A stretch of DNA of 64,000 nt, from NCBI RefSeq assembly GCF_963921235.1, contig NC_086097.1:242422001-242486000 (forward strand). Reading direction: 5' to 3'. The translations under genes and the position numbers were made by a program. This document shows, one piece after another, positions 12,900-25,254 of this stretch; position 1 is the stretch's first letter; every line of letters starts with the position of its first letter. Below the pieces are notes generated by a model. It was not told where the DNA came from. It saw only the letters and a program-made list of their open reading frames with translations, and searched no databases. The stretch comes from Mobula hypostoma (Eukaryota).

Positions 12900-13195
12900 T
12901 ATATAGAAGGTGCTGGATGAAGGGGAACAGTTTCATGAAGGATCCAACCCACTCTGCTCATGGACTGCTTGTCCTGCTCCCATCAGAAAAGAGCATCCAC
13001 GTCAGAACCACCAAACTCCTAGAGAGTTACTTCCCCCAAGCCATCAGGCTGATCAACTCCTCCACCCAGCGCTCCACCACTCCCTCCCACTACATCCACA
13101 CCAGCCACTGTCAGAGTTGCATTAAGTTCAGATACTCTTGCACTTAGAACACTTTATGTGCATGCAATTAGTCTATGTATATAAACTTAATCTTA

Positions 13196-13262
13196 CAGTA
13201 CTGTGCAGAAGTCTCAAGGACATAGATAAAGCTAGGGGGCCTGAGACCTTTGCACAGTGTTG
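13196..13262. mobile_element. 67-bp Tc1-type MITE (empty copy)
   Basis: TA-cagtactgtgcagaag...ctttgcacagtgttg-TA. Confidence 0.7.
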
Positions 13263-13523
13263 TAGTAATTTTATGCATTGCATTGCTGCAAAAAAAAAAT
13301 TTGTGGCATATGAGAGTTCAGTGGTTCCGTTTAATATCAGAGATTACAACCTGAAATCCTTACCCTTCGCAGACACTCACATAACATAAGAAACCCCCAA
13401 AGAACAAATGACAGAAAAATGTTAGAACCTCAAAGCCCCTCCCTATGCACCAGCAGCAGCAATGCATAAACCCTCCCTCCTCCTCCTCCCACTACCCCCT
13501 CCTGCCTCAGCAAAAGCATCAGC

Positions 13524-13547
13524 TATTATTATTATTATTATTATTAT
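13524..13547 (+). repeat. (TAT)n microsatellite
   Basis: tattattattattattattattat directly upstream of the MED30 splice acceptor. Confidence 0.9.
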
Positions 13548-13557
13548 ATCTCCTTAG

Positions 13558-13668
13558 CAATTGATTCCCTACGTGGAGGATGAAAGTACGAAACACGAAG
13601 ATCACAGCTTGGCAAATCAATTCCGTTTAGCAAATGAAGAGAGGCGAGAGATTGTCGAGGTAAATAAG
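13558..13668 (+). CDS. MED30: Mediator subunit 30, penultimate coding exon (phase 0/0)
   Basis: tccttag|CAA...AAG|gtacag; 111 nt = QLIPYVEDESTKHEDHSLANQFRLANEERREIVEVNK. This matches vertebrate MED30 QLIPYVEEDGSK...FASEERREIAEVNK and joins in frame to the exon at 43167. Confidence 0.95.
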
Positions 13669-15360
13669 GTACAGAAACATTTTTGAAAACTTTATTAAAC
13701 TATATATTTAATTGTTTAATACTTATGAATGAAGTCAGATGGATCGTGCACTCAGTGGCCTCCGTTTTTGGATATAGGACTGGAAGCCGGTGTGGCCATC
13801 CACTGACAGCTTCGACGTGTCGTGCATTGAGAGTTTTGACGTGTCGTGCATTAAGAGATGTGCTTCTGTATAGTACTGTTGTAACGTGTGGTTATTTGAT
13901 TCACTGTCAGCTTCAACCAGTCTGGCCGTTCTCCCCTGAGCTCAAGTTTATTGCGGGAATACTCAATATAATCTATAGAATAGTAACCATAACAGAATCA
14001 ATGAAAGACCACACCAACTTGGACGTTCAACCAGAGTGCAGAAGACAACAAACACTGCAAATACAAAAAGAAAGAAAGAATGATAATAAATAAATCAGCA
14101 ATAAATATTGAAAACGTGAGATGAAGAGCCCTTGAAAGTGAGTCCATTGGTTGTGGGAACATTTCAGTGGTGGGGCAGGTGAAGTTGAGGGAAGTTATCC
14201 CCTTTGGTTCAACAGGCTGATGATGGTTGAAGAGCTGGAACTGTTCCTGAACCTGGTGGTGCGAGTCTTGAGGTTCCTGTGCCACCTTCCTGATGAACTT
14301 TCTCATTAACAAGGTGTTTTCATCCCCAGAATTATGGCTCATGAGATTTTTTTTTGTTTCTCACACCTTTTTCTGTAAACTCTGGAAACTGTTGTGCAAG
14401 AAAATCCCAGGAGGTCCTGAGATACTTCACCTGGCACCAACAGACATTCCACAGTCAAAGTCATTTAAATCACATTTCTTCCTCATTCTGATGCTTGGTC
14501 TGAGCAGCAACTGAACCTCTTGACCACGTCTGCATGCCTTTTATGCACTGAGTTGCTGCCACATAATTGGCTGATGAGATATTGCCTTAACGTACAGGTG
14601 TACCTAATAAAGTGGCCAGTGGCTGTAATTTGCTGAGAAGTTTTATGCTCATTAAAATCATGACAGGAGCAGTGGGAGAAGGAATACTGCTACACTGTGA
14701 ATGCTCTGAGTTTCCTTATAAAAACCAAAGCCATGGATTATTTGAATTCAGCAATGCATCATAAGTCTTCTGTGAAGCATACTCTCCCATTGCAGCCTTT
14801 TGCAGCCAAGCTGTGCAGTAATTTGAGATCATGGGTCTGAGCTTGTAGCCAGCAGAAATATAAATAGCAAGGGAGAATTCATCCTGTTAATCTGGGCTGG
14901 ATTCCAGAAATAGAGGAAAATATACTGTCCCACCTGCTTCCTTTTAACTGGTGTGGTTAAAGTTTATTATGGGGCCTACAAATGGAAGGTGGGTTGTGGG
15001 AGATTACCCTTTGTTCAGAGTTTTATGGGGGGAGGGAGTAAAATCTTCTTTGATGTGTTTTACATTCTGCTTTTGCTAAAATCCTTAAGTTGGATCTCCC
15101 ACCACTTCAGCTGTTCCGGGACATTACTAATGAGAAGCAGCCTTTCTGTTCTGCAGCTGGGAAGAGAGACAGTTCAAATGACACTGTTGACACATTTCAA
15201 TAATAAAGCTGACTTATTTTTCTAAACCCAAGCCACCAACAAATTTTTTGAACTTCTCTTCAGGAGGACTTTCCATTAGACTAAACCGTCGAGAAGAAGC
15301 TGTTAAACTTCAGTCCTGGGCCTGTCCTTGCCGGAGTTCTAAAGAATGGGGAGGAGGGGA

Positions 15361-16630
15361 GAAGGTGGCAGCGCGACGCAGCGCGCGCGGCCTCTCCGGT
15401 GAATGATATCTGTAATCTGTGAAGTAGGGTGCCGTGCACAATCCTGATTTGATGGAGACGGACGTGACAGTACGGAGGAACATCTGGAGAAACTTCTGAA
15501 ATGCCCGCTTCGCTGCTGCTGCTACTGTGTGGTAACTGGAATCTCCGGAGCAGAAGGCCCCGAATCCTCGGCTTTGCTTGTTTTGGCGCCCGGGGCTAGG
15601 TTGAAGGCGCTCGGCAGAGGGTGGCACTCGGGAGGCTGTATCGGAGGGGCTGTTTGGAGTCTGGAAGTTTTCAGATGGACGGACTCGGTATCGGCTGTGG
15701 TCGGCTGCTTCCAAGGCATGGGCAGTTGTCGGTGCCTTGGAGGTTTATGGCAAGGAGTTTCTCCCTTTTGCCACCTGCTATCGGGGACTCGGGAGTCGAT
15801 CGGGACTTGAGACTTTTTTTTACCGTGCCCATTGTCTGTTCTTTATTGGAGGGCATAGTCCTCCAGTGAAAAATGATATTGTATCCTTTAAATAGGGGCC
15901 GTGGACCATTCTGATTTGATGGAGACGGACGTGAAAGCACAGAGAAACATCTGGAGAAATTTCTGAAACGCTCGTTCGCTGCTGTCGTTACTGCGTGGTC
16001 GGGAATCTTCCGGAGGGAAGGCCTCAAAATCCCCGGCTTTGCCTGCTGTTGGCGACCGAGATTGAGGTCGAGGTGTTCGGACAGAGATGGCGCTCAGTAT
16101 TCGGTGTCGGAGAGTTGATCGGAGGCTGGATGTTTTCGGATGACTCAGAGACGGATTGTGGTCGGGCATGGCAGGAAGAGTTTTTCTTCCTTCTCCCGTC
16201 TGCATGAGATGTGGGACATTTGAGAGACTTTGAACTTTTTACTGTGTTCATGGACTTCTTCATCAAGTTATGGTATTGTTGCACTGTTGTAACTATATGT
16301 TATAATTATGTGGTTATGTCAGTTTTTTCAGTCTTGGTCTGTCCTGTGTTTTGTGATATCACACTGGAGGAAACATTGTATCATTTCTTAATGCATGCAT
16401 TACTAAATGACAATAAAAGAGGACTGCGTGTCTTCATAATCTAAAAAAAAATTACGGTATTGTTTGCACTGCTGTAACTATATGTTATGATGTGGTTCTG
16501 TCAGTGTTAGTCTTTGGTCTGTCTTGTTTTCTGTGATATCAGTCTGGAGGAACATTGTATCATTTCTTAATGTGTGTATGCATTTCTAAATGACAATAAA
16601 AGAGGACTGAGTGTTCTCATAATCTAATTT
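15361..16630 (+). mobile_element. Two copies of an unclassified GC-rich non-autonomous retroposon, one nested in the other
   Basis: The block ctgatttgatggagacggacgtga...catctggagaaa occurs at ~15444 and ~15911. The tail tgtatcatttcttaatg...aaatgacaataaaagaggactg...cataatctaa occurs at ~16377 and ~16556. Confidence 0.65.
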
Positions 16631-19600
16631 AATCTCATTGAAAAACTATTAAATATGAAAAGGTTTAGATGGAGTCGAAGTGGAGAAGATGTTCCCTATC
16701 GTGGGGGTGTCCAAGACCAGAGGACACAGCCTCAGGTAGGAGGACATCCCTTTAGAACAGAGATGAGGAGGAGTTTCTTTTGCCAGACAGTGGTGAATCT
16801 GTGGAATTCATTGCCACGGATGTGAGGGCCAAGTCATTGGGAATATTTGAAGGGGAGTTTGATTAATAAGAGTGTGAAGGGTTATGGGGAGAAGGCAGGA
16901 GAATGGGGTTGAGAGAGAGTAAATCAGCCATGGAGGAGACGTGATGGGCTGAATGGCCTAATTTGCTCCTAATGGTCTAAGCTCTAAACTTGTTCTGGCA
17001 ACAAAATTTGACGGGCGAAAGGTGTGATATGCCCACTGAGCACATTAAGCCTCATGTTAGAGGGAGATCTGAGACAGGACGGCACAATAGCATAGACAGG
17101 ATAGAACGGGAAAGCAGCGTTTGGCACAACACTTCACAGCCAGCGATCAGGGTTCAATTCCCGCTGCTGTCTGTAAGGCGTTTCTCCCTTCTCATCGTGG
17201 GATTCCTTTGGGTGCTCTGGTTTCCCCCTGTATTGCAAAGACATATGTGTTAGGGTTAGTATGTTGTGGGGCATGCTATTATGGTGACACTTGTGGGCTG
17301 TCCCCCCCAGAGCAATGCTCGGACAGAATTGGTCATTGACGTAAATGACGCATTTAACTGCATGTTTCGATGTACATGTGACAAATAAAGCTAATCTTTA
17401 AATCTACTCTTTGAGAAGAAAACTTTCCCATCAACCACCTCTGGGGGGGGGATGGGGGAACTAGTCTCTTTTCAAAAATGCAGACTAACCCTAAAACATA
17501 CAGATATGTCTTTCCTTCTACTACTGTGGCAATTCATTCAGGTGAAAGTGGATGTAGGGGTGATTTCTTTAGCCAGAGGGTGGCGAATCTGTGGAATTCA
17601 TTACCATAGATGGCCGTGGAGGCCAAGTCATTGGGTATATTTAAAGCAGAAGTTGATAGGTTCGTGATTACTCAGCGTGAAGGCAGAAGAATGGGGTTGA
17701 GAGGAATAATAAATCAGTTATGATGGAATGGTGGAGCAGACTCAATGGGCCAAATGGCCTAATTCTGCTCCTATGTCTTATTGGTATAGATTTTTCAATC
17801 TCCTGATCTAATTTTAGAAACATAGAAAACCTACAGCACAAAACAGACCTTTCGGCCCACAATACTGTGTCGAACATGTCCTTACTTTAGAAATTACTAG
17901 GGTTACCCATAGCCCTCTATTTTTCTAAGCTCCATGTACCTATCCAAAAGTCTCTTAAAAGACCCTATTGTATCCTCCTTCACCACAGTCGCTGACAGCC
18001 CATTCCACACGATCACCACTCTCTGTGTAAAAGAAAAACTTACCCCTGACATCCCCTCTGTACCTACTTCCAAGCCCCTTAAAGCTGTGCTCTCTCGTGT
18101 TAGCCAATTTTGTATAAAATGTTTAACTTAGCAATGCTTATCTTGGGGATTGTTCTTCCCACAGTTTGTAGGTGAAGGTGCCAGAGATGTTTTTCTCCAA
18201 GAATTTCGTATTTTTCATATCTGTTGTGATGGAATTGATAGCTTGTTGGTTTTTGAAATTTGTGGATAACTTTGGTCTTGCATGCATCATCTACCATAAC
18301 GTAAAGGTGTGTGGAATTCTTAATGTGCAGAATATCACATTTCACCTGCCTGTACACAAAGAAAATCGCAAGAAGTCTGACAGTAATAGAAAACAAGTAA
18401 GAGAGAATTTATTGAAAATACTGATACAGATTCTATTCTGCTTCATTCATCCGAGAGTGTCATCAGATTACTCTCAAGTATAAATTGAATCTTCTTACTT
18501 CGTCGAAGTGAAATTTGTGAAACCTTGGTGAGGTCTTTTAATCAGCTCCTAAATTGCTTTAAGTACATGTGAAACGCTGAGCGTCTTTTGTATCGCTAAG
18601 CAATAGGAATCTGCTGTATTTACTTACCGAGATCCTAAAAACTGCCGTGATTTCACAAGACGTTTTAAGTTGTGCTGAAGAAACCATTACAAATTTTCTA
18701 TCTTAAATGCATTTCCATAACTTTGCTGACTTGCAAGCCAGGTCTGTAAATTCACGATTGCATGAAATGTTGGATATGTCGTTAATTTTCATGGCGTGAC
18801 GTAACTTGCTGTTCTGTACCTTCTTGAAAGAGAATTATAGTGCTGGGCCTGAAACTTCACGGGTGAGTGCTTGTAAGCTACGTAGTTTCTGAATTGCCAA
18901 GAATTTGTCCCAACTCATTCCAAGAAATGTTCCAAATTGTAGTTGGAACTTTAGGCTTCCAACCTTGAAAATGCTGAAGTTTGAGAATGCCTTTAGGAAG
19001 GATGCACAGCAGCGCTTCTGCTCCCTTAGAAGTTTACGAAGATTTGGTATGACATCTAATACTTAGACAAACTTCTGTAGATGTGTGGTGGAGAGTATAT
19101 TGACTGGTTGCATCACAGCCTGGTATGGAAACACCAATGCCCTTGACCGGAAAGTACTACAAAAAAAAAAGTAGTGGATATGACCCAGTTCATCTCGGGT
19201 AAAGCCCTCCCCACCATTCAGCACATCTACGTGGAGAGCTGTCGTGACTAAACAGCATCCATCATCGGGGACCCCCAATACCCAGGCCATGCTGTCTTCT
19301 CGCTGCTGCCATCAAGAAGGAGGTACAGGGACCTCAGGACCCACACCACCAGCTTCAAGAACAGTTATTACTCCTCAACCATCAGGCTCTTGAACCAGAG
19401 GGGATAACTTCACTCGGCTTCACTCACCACATCACTGAAATGTTCCCTCAGTCTGTGGACTCACTTTCAAGGACTCTTCATCTCATGTTCTCGATATTTA
19501 TTGCTTATTTATTTCTTGTTATTTGCACAGTTGTTGTCTTTTGCACGCTGGTTGTTTGTCCGTCTTGTTGAGTACAGTCTTTCATTGACTCTATTGCGTT

Positions 19601-20054
19601 TATTGGATTTAATGTGTATGCCCGCAAGAAAACAAACATCAAGATTGTATGAGCTTTGATTTTAAATTTACTTTGTACTGTGAGGTTTTCTATCTGCCTG
19701 GAGCTCTGTGATGTTATGGATGATGCTGTTGTTGGCTGCACAACAGTGAAGTTGCTCGCTGATCCGTAGAACTTGGATATATTTCCTATGACTCTTCACA
19801 AAATGTTTGGTGTCTCTCTTTGTGAAGTTAATCCCTTGCAGGCGTTTAAGATACCATTTCTGTGTGTCAGTCCTTCATTGCGAACTGGGACACATCTATC
19901 AAATAGTGTAAATTAGATTAGCTTTTTGCAGAACTTCAGTTGTTGATAAAGGAATGTACAGGAGTGAGATAAGAGATCAATTAGTTGAGTGGTGTCGCAT
20001 CCATGGCCTTTTACTCAACGTTAGTAAGACCAAGGAATTGATTGTGGACTTCCT

Positions 20055-20962
20055 ATTCAACCTCCTGTATAACTCGTGTCCTCCAATCCCGGCAACTTTC
20101 TCCCCACTGATCTCCCTCCTGGCACTTATCCGTGTAAGCGGAACAAGTGCTACACATGCCCTTACACTTCCTCCCTTACCACCATTCAGGGCCCCAGACA
20201 GTCCTTCCAGATGAGGCAACACTTCACCTGTGAGTCTGCTGGGGTGATATACTGCGTCCGGTGCTCCCGATGTGGCCTTTTATATATTGGCGAGACCCGA
20301 CGCAGACTGGGAGATCATTTCACTGAACACCTACGCTCTGTCCGCCAGAGAAGGCAGGATCTCCCAGTGGCCACACATTTTAATTCCACGTCCCATTCCC
20401 ATTCTGACGTCTATCCACGGCCTCCTGTACTGTAAAGATGAAGCCACACTCAGGTTGGAGGAACAACACCTTATATTCCGTCTGGGTAGCCTCCAACCTG
20501 ATGGCAAGAACATTGACTTCTCTAACTTCTGCTAATGCCCCACCTCCCCCTTGTACCCCATCCGTTATTTATTTTTATACACACTTTCTTTCTCTCACTC
20601 TCCTTTTTCTTCCTCTGTCCCTCTCACTATACCCCTTGCCCATCCTCTAGGTTTTCCCCCCCTCCCCATTTTCCTTCTCCCTGGGCCTCCTTTCCCATGA
20701 TCCTCTCATACCCCTTTTGCCAATCACCTGTCCAGCTCTTGGCTCCATCCCTCCCCCTCCTGTCTTCTCCTATTATTTTGGATCTCCCCCTCCCCCTCCC
20801 ACTTTCAAATCTCTTACTAGCTCTTCAGTTAGTCCTGACGAAGGGTCTCGGCCTGAAACGTCGACTGTACCTCTTCCTAGAGATGCTGCCTGGCCTGCTG
20901 CGTTCACCAGCAACTTTGATGTGTGTTGCTTGAATTTCCAGCATCTGCAGAATTCCTGTTGT
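20055..20962 (+). mobile_element. Penelope-like element (Neptune-like) 3' part: GIY-YIG endonuclease and tail
   Basis: PCKRNKCYTC linker, GVIYCVRCSRCGLLYIGETRRRLGDHFTEH...VATHFN, EEQHLIFRLGSLQPDG.NIDF (one frameshift). Confidence 0.9.
20831..20866 (+). ncRNA. Minimal type-I hammerhead ribozyme motif
   Basis: agtc-ctgacga-agggtctcggcct-gaaa-cg-tc^gact, identical to 11389-11424. Confidence 0.75.
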
Positions 20963-21949
20963 TAACTTCCTGTACTCTTTCAATTTTATTGATATCTTTC
21001 CTGTAGATAAGGACGCAGAGAAGCAAAACCAGCAGTAGATGTTTGAAGCTAAATGAATAAAAAGCAAAAACAGTTGCAACTGGTAAATAGGGTCAGATTA
21101 ACCTGGATGAAAAGACCCAGTTTGAAAGTTGTGTATGTGAACACGTGATACATCCACAAAACAGTAGATAGATTCACATTGCATGTACTTAGAATTGGGT
21201 ATGATCTAATTGTAATGACAGAAATGCGGCTGAAAAGTAAGAAGAGATGGAGTTATAAACACAAGATTCTGCAGATGTTGGAAGTCTTGAGCAGCACGTG
21301 CAAAATGCTGGAGGAGCTCAGCAGGTCAGGCAGCGTCTATGGAGAGAAATAAACAAACCACGTTTTGGGCTGAGACCATTCTCTTCAGGACTGCTTTTAA
21401 AATGGTAGAGAAAGTTGTGATTGTTTTAATTGACTTACCAAAACTCAACTATCAAAGGTTCATTTATTATCGAAGTGTACAACTCTGAAATTATTCTTCT
21501 CCAGATAGCCACAAAATCAAGAAAGAAAAGACCCCCAACCCCTCCTCCCCACCCAAAAAGATGAACAAAAATGGAATAGGCACATCAACTAAAACAGCAA
21601 TTCTAAATAGGCAGGGAAGGGTTATTTAGATGAATCCACTATATTCTAGATATGGGTCTTCTGGATTGTTAGTATTCATCTATTCAGTAATGCAGTTGTA
21701 AATCACAAGAGATGACAAGGCTCCCAACAATTCCAATTCTTTAGTAGAAGTTTAGGTTGATTTGAATGTTTATTGATGTTTTTAAAACTGACATACATGA
21801 GTGACTATATTAATGTACAAGACAGTAGCCATCCAACAGTACTTAGATTCTGCTCCCAAAAGGATAACAACGCAATGATTGTAACCTCAGCCAGCTCCAT
21901 CATGGTCAATAGGCTCCCCAGTATCCAGATCACCTTCAAAAGGTGACAC

Positions 21950-22153
21950 TGTGGCGACCCACTTTCTAGCACACACGAACCGGCTCACGAAACAGCGCGC
22001 GCAGGCAGAGGGCCGGCCCCAAAAAGGGCGCCAGACCATCTTCACCAGCAGGGGGAAAATCCCGCACACGGAAAGGGTCTGCGATTGTGCATTCCCCACA
22101 GCAATCCCGCCCAGAGAGGGCGGGAACAGGAAGGCTTTAAAACAGGCCGCGAA
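21950..22153 (+). repeat. 5' LTR (truncated)
   Basis: Aligns to the first ~200 nt of the 3' LTR, then runs directly into RT sequence. Confidence 0.9.
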
Positions 22154-24589
22154 TTGGGGATCATACGACGGTCCGACAGCCCATGGGCCTCCCCTCTGCA
22201 CATGGTGCCCAAGGCAACGGGGGGCTGGAGACCATGCGGTGACTACCGCAGACTGAACGAGGCTACAACGCCAGACCGCTACCCTGTTCCGCACATTCAG
22301 GACTTCGCAGCAAACCTACACGGCGCAAGGATCTTTTCCAAGGTAGACCTCGTCTGGGGATACCATCAAATCCCTGTACATCCGGACGACATCCCCAAAA
22401 CAGCACTTATCACCCCGTTCGGACTTTTCGAATTCCTCCGAATGCCGTTTGGTCTAAAGAACGCCGCACAGACTTTCCAGCGGCTAATGGACGCGGTGGG
22501 ACGCGACCTGGACTTTGCATTCATCTATTTGGATGACATCCTCATAGCCAGCAGTAGTCGTCAAGAGCATCTGTCCCACCTCCGCCAGATCCCGGCTAAA
22601 TGCCAGTTCGGACTCGACACCATCGATTTCCTGGGCCACAGGATTACTAAAGATGGGGCAACCCCTCTGCCCGCCAAGGTAGACGCGGTCCGCCACTTCC
22701 CCCAACCCAACACAATCCAAAGGCCTGCAGGAATTCGTGGGTATGGTGAATTTCTACCACCGTTTCCTCCCCTCAGCAGCCCGAATCATGCATCCCCTGT
22801 TCACTCTGATGTCGGGTAAGGGCAAGGACATTACCTGGGGCGAAGAGGCCGCAGCCACTTTCGTTAAAACCAAAGAAGCCTTGGCAAACGCCGTGATGCT
22901 AGTGCACCCCAGAACGGACGTTCCTACTGCCCTCACAGTGGACGCATCTAACACAGCGGTCGATGGAGTGCTGGAACAACTCATCGAGGATCGCTGGCAA
23001 CCCCTGGCGTTCTTCAGCAAACACCTACGACCACCTGAACTCAAATACAGTGCTTTCGGCTGGGAGCTATTGGCACTATACCTAGCAATCCGGCATTTCA
23101 GGTACTTCTTAGAAGGTAGGTTCTTCACCGCGTTCACAGACCACAAATCGCTTACCTTTGCGCTCACGAAGGTGTCCGACCCCTGGTCGTCCCGCCAGCA
23201 GCGACATCTGTCCTACATCTCCGAGTACACGACGGACATCCGGCATGTCTCGGGAAAGGACAACGTCGTGGCGGACGCACTTTCCAGACCTACCATACAG
23301 GCCCTGTCCCAGGGGGTGGACTATGCAGCGCTGGCAGAGGCACAGCAGGCAGACACTGAGATCCCCAGTTACAGGACTGCAGTCTCCGGTTTGCAGCTCC
23401 AAGACCTCCCCGTAGGCCCAGGTGAGAGGACCCTACTATGTGACGTAGCTACCGGCCAACCCCGCCCCGTCGTCCCAGCAGCCTGGCTCCGGCGAGTGTT
23501 CGAATCCATTCACAACTTAGTGCACCCCTCCATCAGGACAACCGTCCGGCTGGTCTCCCAACAGGTTCGTGTGACATGGGCTGCGTAAACAGGTCAGTGA
23601 ATGGGCCAAAACGTGCATGCAGTGCCAAACGGCCAAGGTGCAGTGGCACACCAAGGCTCCGCCGCAGCGGTTCGAACCCACCCGCCGGAGGTTCGACCAC
23701 ATCCATGTGGATATCGTGGGGCCCCTGCCAGAGTCACGAGGAGTGCGGTACCTCCTAACTATGATAGACCGGTTCACCAGATGGCCAGAGGCAGTCCCGC
23801 TCAGCGACACCACCTCTGAATCCTGCGCCCGAGCACTGATCGCAACCTGGGTAGCCCGCTTCGGGGTACCCGCCCACATTACCTCCGACAGGGGCGCCCA
23901 GTTCACCTCCAGTCTGTGGTCGGCTATGGCCAGATTTTTAGGAACACAGCTACACCACACAACTGCCTACCACCCACAGTCGAGCGGACTAGTGGAGCGT
24001 TTCCACCGTCAGCTGAAATCGGCTCTCATGGCCCGCCTGGAAGGGCCTAACTGGGTGGACGAGCTTCCCCGGGTCCTGCTCGGAATCCGCACGGCGCCCA
24101 AGGAGGATCTGCACACCTCATTGGCCGAGTTGGTGTACGGCGCGCCCCTGGTCGTCCCAGGAGTGTTCATATCAGCCCCAAGGGGGCAAGAGGAAGAACA
24201 CGCAGCAGTCCTGGACAGACTACGGGAGAGGCTCGGTAACCTGGCCCCCATACCCACTTCACAGCACGGACAGAGCCCGACCTGCGTACCCAAAGACCTG
24301 CAGAACTGTAAGTTTCTTTTTGTACAACGGGGCGGACACTGGGCACCGCTACAGCGACCCTACGAGGGGCTGTTTAAGGTGATCAGGAACAACGGGTCCA
24401 CATTCGTGCTGGACATTGGGGGGAGAGAGGAGGTTTTCACAGTGGACCGACTCAAACCAGCCCATGTGGACTTGGTGCAACCGGTCCAGGCTCAGGCACC
24501 GCGGCGCAGGGGCAGACCTCCCAAACAGAGGCCGATCCAGACTGTGGACATTGGGGGAGGTATCGCCGGTTCGGATGGGGGGGGGGTTA

Positions 24590-24874
24590 TGTGGCGACCC
24601 ACTTTCTGGCACCCACGAACCGGCTCACAACAGCACGCGCAGGCAGAGGGCTGGCCCCAAAAAGGGCGCCAGGCCATCTTCACCAGCAGGGGTAAAATCC
24701 CGCGCGCGGAAAGGGTCTGGGAATATGCATTCCCCACAGCAGTCCCGCCCCAGGGAGGGCGGGTACGGGAAGGCTTTAAAGCAGGCCGCGAAGTTTGAAT
24801 AAATCTTTTTATTGCAACTCTAACTCACCGACTCCGTGTGGTTATTCTAGCGCTGTGTGTAGCACACCACTACA
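24590..24874 (+). repeat. 3' LTR (285 bp)
   Basis: TG...CA ends, internal AATAAA at ~24798, preceded by ggggggggggtta. Confidence 0.92.
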
Positions 24875-25254
24875 ACACCCATCACCCTTGTGTCATTTGC
24901 TGTCTCATCAGGGAGGAGGTACAGTGCCTGAAGACACACACTCAATGTTTTAGGAACAGCTTCTTCTTCCACTCCGCAATCAGATTTTTGAACGGACAAT
25001 AAATCCATGACCATTACCTCAGTATTTTCCCCATTTTCTTTGCATGACTTATTTAATTTTTTATGTGTACTTAATGAAATTTATATCTTTTATTACTGTG
25101 GTATGTATTCCAATGTACTGTTGCCCACAAAACAACAAATTTCACAATATACACTGGTGATATTAAGTTTGGTTCTGACTCTGGTCAAGAGCGTTATCTT
25201 TTTAAGGTGAATGATGTGATTCAGATCTATCTGAAACAATATTTTGGGTGTTTA

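Larger units (their letters stand above)
21950..24874 (+). mobile_element. Ty3/Gypsy LTR retrotransposon (CsRn1/Boudicca-like), internally deleted
   Basis: TGTGG...CTACA termini, 4-bp TSD acac (21946-49 and 24875-78), G-rich PPT before the 3' LTR. RT ([12 protein letters not shown]), RNase H (LTVDAS, TDHK) and integrase (HVDIVGPLP, ITSDRGAQF, VERFHRQLK) lie in RT-RH-IN order with frameshifts. Confidence 0.95.
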
